In this document: positions 55,973-64,000 of the stretch, piece by piece | Position numbering within the stretch: position 1 is the stretch's first letter | Layout of the letters: every line of letters begins with the position of its first letter | Origin: Veleropilina oligotropha | Taxonomy: Eukaryota | DNA: 64,000 nt | NCBI GenBank assembly: GCA_048128005.1 | Contig: JBEUKZ010000100.1 | Span: 434,001-498,000 of the forward strand | Reading direction: 5' to 3' | The notes under the pieces: model-generated | What the model saw: only the letters and a program-made list of their open reading frames with translations | Databases searched by the model: none | Told to the model about the DNA's origin: nothing | Program-made: the position numbers and the translations under genes

Positions 55973-58900
55973 GACAGATCACCAGGGATATGCACATATC
56001 GCATAGGTACCTGGAACATCAACGGGGGACTGATTAATAAATTAGAAAACCCAGATTTTATAGAAATATTGCAGCAACATGATATATTATGTATAACTGA
56101 AACATGGTCTAATCAGCTTCATAATTACAACATCCAAAACTACGTTCATTACACCTCTTGCCGTAAAAAAGGAAAAAAAGCTAAGAGATATTCGGGGGGT
56201 TTGGCAATTTATGTAAAAGAGACCATTAGTATAGGAGTAGCACTAATAAAAAATGATCACCATGATATACTGTGGTTAAAGCTACAATCCCACACTTTGG
56301 AGTTTGATCATGATATATATTTATGTTGTGTGTACATATCTCCATATGCATCTCCATTCTGTGAAAATGAAAACTTGTTTCAATTATTAGAAAACGATAT
56401 AGCACTGTATAGCAACAAAGGATATGTATTCATATTAGGTGATTTTAATGCTAGGACCTCAAACAAGGCAGATTTTTCAGAATTCGAAACAGTCATTGAC
56501 AACCATATACTTTTCCCAAATGATGACGTCCCTGACACAACAATTGACAACGAAATAATTTTACGATCAGGTCATTCACCAGAGAGATCATCAAAAGATA
56601 ACCGTTTAAACGATCATGGTCGTAAATTACTAGAGCTCTGTAAAAGTACTAGGCTAAGAATTTTGAACGGTCGAGTCGGTAATGACAATGGCATTGGAAA
56701 TTTCACTTTTTGCAATGAACAGGGACGAAGCGTTATTGATTATATACTTAGTCCAGCTGATATGTTTAAATATTATGTTAACCTCGACATCATATCCTCA
56801 GCATTGTCCGATCATTGTATAGTTTCATTAAGTTTGTTATGTCACACTAACGCCATTACAATTGATGGTGTAGAAACAAGTGATGATCGTGTGTACATGA
56901 AATGGCAACCAGCTTTATCGAATGATTATATAACGAGACTAAATAATAAGGATGTATTAGACGTACTGAATGAAGCTACTATTAGTCTAAATAGTGAAAC
57001 TGTAAATCAAAATATAATCGATAAATGCGTCTCACAAATTACAGATTCAATTCACAATGCAGCAGACGAATTATTTCTCAAACGGATAGGAAATCCATAT
57101 CGTAATAATAAGAAACATCATATTTGGTACGATAATGAATGCAAACAGTTACACGATACCTTTAAAGACACTGAAAAACAATTCCGCTCAAACGCAACCG
57201 AAGAAAATAGACTATACTATGTTACAGCAAGAAATAACTATCGCACAATTTGCAGAAGGAAAATCAACGTTTTTCGTAACCATGAATGTGATCACCTTAT
57301 ACAATTGTGCAAAAAAGACTCAAAGGCGTTCTGGAATAAATTAAAGTTGAAACGGAAAAATGTGAATAAAGCGCCAATGTGCAATTTTAACGAATACTTC
57401 AATAAATTAATGAATCCAGAAATAAAACCTCCTCTGGATGAGGGTGTTAAAACGGCATCAACAAATATTAACTGGGAAGGACTGGGTCTATCTGTAGATG
57501 AATTAGACAGGGAAATAACTATTGAAGAGATCGATATAGCATTAAATAAACTTTAAAAAAACATCTAGCGGATATGATCTGATTCTGAATGAGTTTTTAG
57601 TTGAAGGAAGGGATGTACTTTTACCATGTTTTTATAAGCTCTTTAACTCGATTTTTAATACGGGCTTATTTCCAACAGAGTGGAAGAAGGGCATTATTGT
57701 TCCAATCCATAAAAAAGGTAATATTGACGAAGCTGATAACTATAGGGGGATTACTTTATTAAGCTGTTTTGGAAAACTGTTTACCATAGTCTTAAACAAT
57801 AGATTATACCAATGGGCAGAAAAAAACAGAATCTATAATGAAGTACAATTCGGATTCCGAATGAACCATTCTACTACTGATTGTACATTTATACTAAAAA
57901 GTTTAATAGATATTATGCTTAGCAACAACAAAAAACTTTATTGCCTTTTCGTGGATTTTAAAAAAGCTTTTGACTACATTGACAGAGGTGTGCTGTGGTA
58001 TAAACTCCTGGAAGAGGGGTTTAGTACAAAGTGTATTAATCTTCTCAAAAGTATGTATTCCAATATAAAATCTTGTGTTCGTCAGAGTAACACGAATAAT
58101 GATGAATATGAGTTTTTTGAGTGTTGTTTGGGAGTACGGCAAGGTGAAAGCCTCTCGCCACTACTATTTGCTATGTTTGTCAATGATATTGAAACGGCTT
58201 TAAGTGAAATTGATACCATGGGAATCAATATAGATTTATACATTAAGTTGCTTGTTATTCTATTTGCTGACGATACGGCAATGTTTGCCGAAAGTTGCAA
58301 GGGTCTGCAAGACGGAACATTGTGTTTAGAGGCTTATTGTCACAGAAACGGTTTAACATTGAATGTAGAAAAAACAAAAGCGATTGTGTTCAGGAAATGA
58401 GGAAGATTGGCTAAAGCGGATAAATTATTTTATAATGGAAAAGAAATTGAATTCGTCAATAACTTTAAATACCTAGGAACAGTATTTACCACAACTGGAA
58501 ATTTGAATACAACCCAAAAAGCATTGTCAGAACAAGCATCAAGGGCCGTTTTTAGCTTTAAAAAATATTTCATAGATTACCCTACTCTGAACTTTACAAC
58601 CAAAATGTCGATATTTGATACTGTTGTTGTTCCGATTTTGAATTATACCTGTGAGTTGTGGGGGTTTAACAAGGGTGTTGATGTCGAAAGATTTCGTCTG
58701 AAATTTTATAAGGAATTGCTTTTCGTTAAAAGTGGTACCCCGAGTAACTTGATTTATGGAGAACTTGGTGTATATAATCTCCAAATTGAAAGATACGTAA
58801 GAATATTAAAGTATTGGTTTAAAATAATCTCTTCGAGTGAAAATAAATGTATCTATATTATGTATGATAAACTAGTACAAATTCTTCAAGACCATCCGCA

Positions 58901-59467
58901 AACAATAACTTGGGTTTCAAATTTTAAAAAACTTTTATTCGAACATGGATTTGGTTATATATGGGAGGCCCAAGGTGCGTGGGATGTTGGCGCTTTCATA
59001 GGGGAATTTAAAAGAAGATTGCAGGATAATTTTATTCAAACTTGGCGAAATAGCATGGAAACTACTTCGAGGGCACACTACTACAAACAATATAAAGAAT
59101 TTGAATTTGCACAGTATACTTGGATAGCGTAAAACGAAATAAATACAGAATCGCACTTTCTCGTTTCCGGTTGAGCTCCCACTATTTTATGATCGAGAGG
59201 GGTAGATGGAATTCAAATAGACTACAGCGTCATCTCAGATTATGTGATACCTGCAACAGCTTAGAAGACGAATACCATATACTACTAGTATGTCCGAATT
59301 ATAACAATATCAGAAAAAAATACTTACCTGATTATTACACTCTACACCCCACCAACTACAAGTTCATAAATTTACTATCGGAAAAGAACAATACTATTAT
59401 ATTTAATTTATCCAAATGTATATACGAAATTTCGAAAACTTACCAAGAACTACTTAACATTGATTAA
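55973..59467 (+). pseudogene. LINE ORF2: APE endonuclease, RT and C-terminal CCHC; three lesions
   Basis: WNING, ITETW, GDFNART, SDH; FVDFKKAFD, GVRQGESLSP, FADD; RLCDTCNSLEDEYHILLVC. Frameshifts near 57555 and 59120, and a TGA at 58398. Confidence 0.9.
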
Positions 59468-61354
59468 TATTTGACCAATTACATACCTCTGGTAACTATT
59501 GTAAATATATTCTATTGTTTTCACTTGATGTCTCGATGAAATTTATGTATTTATATGTATTTCTGTTTGGTCAATGGCCTAAATAAACCTACTTATATTA
59601 TTATAGATACTTCTTAGTTTCCATCATAGGTTAATGCACAAGATAATAGATTTAAAAACTTTTCCGTGGAGGTACGCCCTGGCGCACTCGCGCATTCGGC
59701 GCTCGTTCGTGTGTGCGTCACACAGTCTGCAGGTAAGCTACCTAAGATGCCGTGCAACGTCGTTGCGTTTAATAATTACCGATCAATAATGAAGTGAAAT
59801 GGTCTTAATTATGCTTATGAGTCGCAAGCATTACGCTATTATTGTTTGATTAGAACATGTAATCGACTAATTTATTTTTCTTTATAAAGAGCAACACACA
59901 CTAAAAAGCTAAATGCATATATAATAGCCATTCACATATCAATAGAAGGAGTTATAACATTATATAATACAAATAGTAGCGAATTATCCCGTGATTGAGG
60001 AAATTTATGATACCAATTATGTTATTTACACCATGGCGACACAAGCCGATATCGACACATGTATTTCAATCAAATCAACAATTTCAAACAGGCACTCAAG
60101 ACTGTCGCCGCATACGATCCAGTCAGCGATGTCCGCTGTGGCAGATTTTGTGGGCAACATATTATGTGCGACAGGTGTCTATGCGGCCTATCCCATTTTA
60201 ATATAACCTGCATTTATCGAAAATAACAGCGAATGAATGAAGTCAATTATCGAAGTGTTCGCGAATAATCGATTATCAATATTTTACCAACATATTAACG
60301 CATGTAAAATACACCGCTATGAACGAATAGTTTTGTCAAGTCCATCCAGGGTGCATTAGGGGCGATCTATGGGTACGCGGAGTGCAGGCCATGTTCACCG
60401 AGAAGTGTACACAGTGTACTCCAAGTGCGCCACGAATTACCCGGTAGGGACACTTCTAACATGGGACGCGCTAGAGCTGAACTATGGACGCAAACGGAAA
60501 GCGACGCGCTAGAGCTGAGCTCTGGACAATTTTGTTATGCCCAGGGCGCGCTCCGAGTTGGCCGAGCATGCCCCGTGTGCCACGAGTAAAGCGGCATTTA
60601 CAATTAATGCACTATAACAATTGTATCTACTTGACACAATATTATGCATTATGATCATTGATGACAATCGTTTGCAAGATGACTATTTATAAATTTTGGA
60701 TAATGAATTTATTCCTGAAAATATTGGCAATAACGCTACAGAGATTATAGATTTGAAAACTTTTCCGTGGAGGTACGCCCTGCCGCATTCGGCGCTCGTT
60801 CGTGTGTGCGTCATGAACATCTATTGTACTGACAATTAATCACACAGTCTGCATGTAAGCTACCTAAGATGCCGTACAGGTCGTTGCGTTTAATAATTAC
60901 CACATCAATAATAAAGAAAAATGGTCTTAATTATGCACGACCTCAGTCTGAGCGATGGAGTACCTCACCACTGGACACTGATTATTTATGACAACTGATT
61001 ATTTAATTTAAATTCAAATTAACAAAAATGCAATCTATTTTGCATAATTTATTGCTTAATTGTCACATGAATTAGAAGCCTGATAACGCCGGAAACAGCA
61101 TTTCATAGCATCTAGGTTTCAAAATTTTCCGGCCCCCATAGCACTTTCGGCGTAGAAATCTAAGATTGGCGGCATCCGATTCAGAGTGGCCATATGTATA
61201 TCTTAAAATATAAAAAATATTTTTTTAAATTTAGTATTTTTTTGTAATTTTTTTTTTTTTTTTTAAATTAAACTTTTTTATTTTTTTGTATTTTACGTCT
61301 TTTTTTTATTTCGTTTATCTGATTGAAGCCCTCACAGCTGCTCGCAGCTTTAAT

Positions 61355-62322
61355 TATTCTTATTCTGAGGTTTTTTTGTGGGCACTTTAGCGCGAAAACG
61401 GCTATAGCTACAGCTTTCAAAATTCATGTGTGCTTGGGCACATCATTGAAGCATTGCCTCGTTCTATTTTCAAGTTTCATGGCGCTAGTAGTCTGGCGGC
61501 CATCTTGAATTACGTCATAATTCTGACGTTTTTTGTGGGCACTTTAGCGCGAAAACGGCTATAGCTACAGCTTTCAAAATTCATGTGTGCTTGGGCACAG
61601 CATTGAAGCATTGCCTCGTTCTATTTTCAAGTTTCATGGCGCTAGTAGTCTGGCGGCCATCTTGAATTACGTCATAAACTAGCTTATTTTATAACTTTGT
61701 TAATATTTAACCTAGCGGGACATGATTAGTATATTCGGATGCCAGAGTCGCTTGTCAAAAATGTCATGAGAGTGGATTTTTGAATTTTTAATTTAACCGG
61801 CGGCCATACTGAAATCAATTTAAAATGGCTATATCTTGTTCTTATTCTGACGTTTTTTTGTGGGCACTTTAGCGCGAAAACGGCTATAGCTACAGCTTTC
61901 AAAATTCATGTGTGCTTGGGCACATCATTGAAGCATTGCCTCGTTCTATTTGCAAGTTTCGGGATTTTATGCTTTGGTCGTAATCTTCAATTTTGTAAAA
62001 AAATGACCTCTTTTCAAAAACGATATAAGTCTTACACGGCTTTCGAGATCGAGACAAAATCTTCAAAGGCATGACCTAGACTATTGGGACAACAATCTCT
62101 TGGAAATGAAATTTTCATTTTTTCAATGCTAAGATCGCTACGGGCGTCCTAATCTCAATTTTGTAAAAAAATGACCTCTTTTCAAAAACGATATAAGTCT
62201 TACACGGCTTTCGAGATCGAGACAAAATCTTCAAAGGCATGATCTAGATTATTGAGACAACGATCTCTTGGAAATGAAATTTTCATTTTTTCAATGCTAA
62301 GATCGCTACGGGCGTCCTAATC
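61355..62322. repeat. Internal direct repeats (about 157-bp unit in 2 full copies plus a partial third; about 168-bp unit x2)
   Basis: GTGGGCACTTTAGCGCGAAAACGG at about 61378, 61535 and 61860; TTTTGTAAAAAAATGACC at about 61991 and 62159. Confidence 0.85.
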
Positions 62323-64000
62323 TTGACAAAATTTTGAAGTTTTTTCAATTTTTCATTTCTGCAGTATCTTTCAATGCACTCCACGAAATCTTTCCAATCT
62401 TCCAGGGTGAGTGCGCATCGATATCAAGTAATGTTTGCCGCAAAATTTTAGCCAATAAATGCCATGGTTTCGTCGCAATCTTTGATTTTTTGAAAACATT
62501 AAAATGCGCTTTTCTCAGAACTGAGTAGCGTGATCTTATCGACACTTGGTAGTTTTGACAAAGCATTATATCGGTATATGTTGTTCTAATGGAATACTTT
62601 GTGAGACAAATTAAAAAGGAGTTATGAAGACATTAAATTTCTAAATTAAATTGACTAACTTCTTTAATTTTCATTTATATGAAACGTGACGCAATTCATT
62701 TTATTCGTATCGAAAATATCTAATGTAATATCTATAGAATACATCGCTAAAATGAGTTGCTTGAGAGTTATTAGACTTAGTTTTTTTAGATGAATATTGC
62801 TTCATAGCGCCTCTAAAAATCGTCCTTTTTCTTCCAGATTTTCGCATAAAATATACTATATAAAGATAGTTATATTAGAGAATTGTGACAAGAATACAAT
62901 AAGTACTTTCATTGTTTAAAAAATACTATTTTAATTCCTCGTCTCATTTCGGCGCGACCAGCTCAGTGCTAATTGCCTTATCAGATGAAGTAGGCAGTTT
63001 ATGAGCCTGTCTCTTTGAGGTGTCATAAAGCCGTGCGCCAACCCTGTCCAGTGGGCAGCAAGGCCCTTGAGAAGTTCTGCTATCAGGCTTAAGTAAACAT
63101 TTAGCCAACAGAAGGCTACATGATTCAGTAACTGTTAATATATGGTGAAAACATTGATATTATGTTGGTCAGTCCAGTTGCGCATTCATTATTATAGATA
63201 CTTCTTAATTTCCATCATAGGTTAATGCACAAGATAATAGATTTAAAAACTACTATACGGCGTAGAAATCTAAGATTGGCGGCATTCGATTCAGAGTGGT
63301 CATATGTATATCTTAAAATATAAAAAATATTTTTTTAAATTTAGTATTTGTTTGTAATTTTTTTTTTTTTAAATTCAACTTTTTTATTTATTTTTATTTT
63401 ACGTCTTTTTTTTATTTCGTTTATCTGATTGAAGCCCTCACAGCTGCTCGCAGCTTTAATTATTATTATTATTATATACAGTAGGTTTAATGGCGGAGTT
63501 AGTGCGAATATTATTAGTGTAATTTAGCGACCACAGAGCCAACAAAACTCATTAAGGCATGCATTCCTCCAAGTCTGAGAACCACATCTGGAAATATCTC
63601 AGGATATGTCCATGCGACCTCCACTGCCACGCGATAAAGATGTTTGTCACATCTCAAACTAGAAACATGTAGCCGTATTTTGTTCAGTTTTTGCGCAGTT
63701 ATTCACCTTTATCAGCTTAAAAATTTACACTCCACCAATTACGACAAAGCCGATGGGATAATGTGTGGCTCCCACACTTCTTGTCTTGCATGTCATACTT
63801 ACATCTTCATTACATCTTTTGGAAATTGAATTGCACATTGGAAAAAGTACATTAAGTTGATCATGAAGTTTTTGACACAAGTTTGATGTACGACAGTCAC
63901 AAACATGTGGTTTCACTTTCATTGCTATGGTGGAGCCCTCTATTGTCTCAGTGAAAGTTGAAAACAGTTTTATGCTATAGAGTGTTGCCATCTTTGTTTT

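Larger units (their letters stand above)
54857..59596 (+). mobile_element. Full-length non-LTR retrotransposon (RTEX-like), about 4.7 kb
   Basis: ORF1 plus an APE-RT-CCHC ORF2, AATAAA and TSD ATTATT; the empty site is preserved near 63187. Confidence 0.88.
54160..63458 (+). mobile_element. Helentron-associated (HINE-like) composite, partly duplicated in tandem, inserted in the LINE (ATT)n tail
   Basis: AGGGCTTCAA at 54160; inverted TTGAAGCCCT plus AGCTGC-TC-GCAGCT hairpin at 61323-61349 and 63429-63455; internal duplication 54178-54856 versus about 62516-63192; (ATT)n on both flanks. Confidence 0.6.

Overview
This is AT-rich eukaryotic DNA, probably from an invertebrate animal. A minus-strand host gene encoding a secreted von Willebrand factor D + EGF-like (VWDE-like) protein can be rebuilt by hand as 16 phase-compatible GT-AG exons. 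It starts at an ATG/signal-peptide exon at 51386 and runs past the window start (about 757 codons visible). Its introns and upstream region are packed with nested mobile DNA: two full-length DIRS1-type tyrosine-recombinase retrotransposons (18634-26060 and about 26995-34417, each with ITRs and an ICR), a decayed CR1/L2-type LINE, a full-length RTEX-like LINE, an Academ-like transposon relic, several MITEs, Helentron-like elements, tRNA-derived SINEs and five minisatellites. The most notable signal is a conserved, covarying ~270-nt non-coding structure next to the ICR of both DIRS elements, whose G-U pairs indicate folding on the strand antisense to the element ORFs. Two other highlights are a minisatellite built from the host exon-9 splice donor and an AUG-less LINE ORF2 lying in frame behind a single TAG. 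All calls were made by eye, without database searches.
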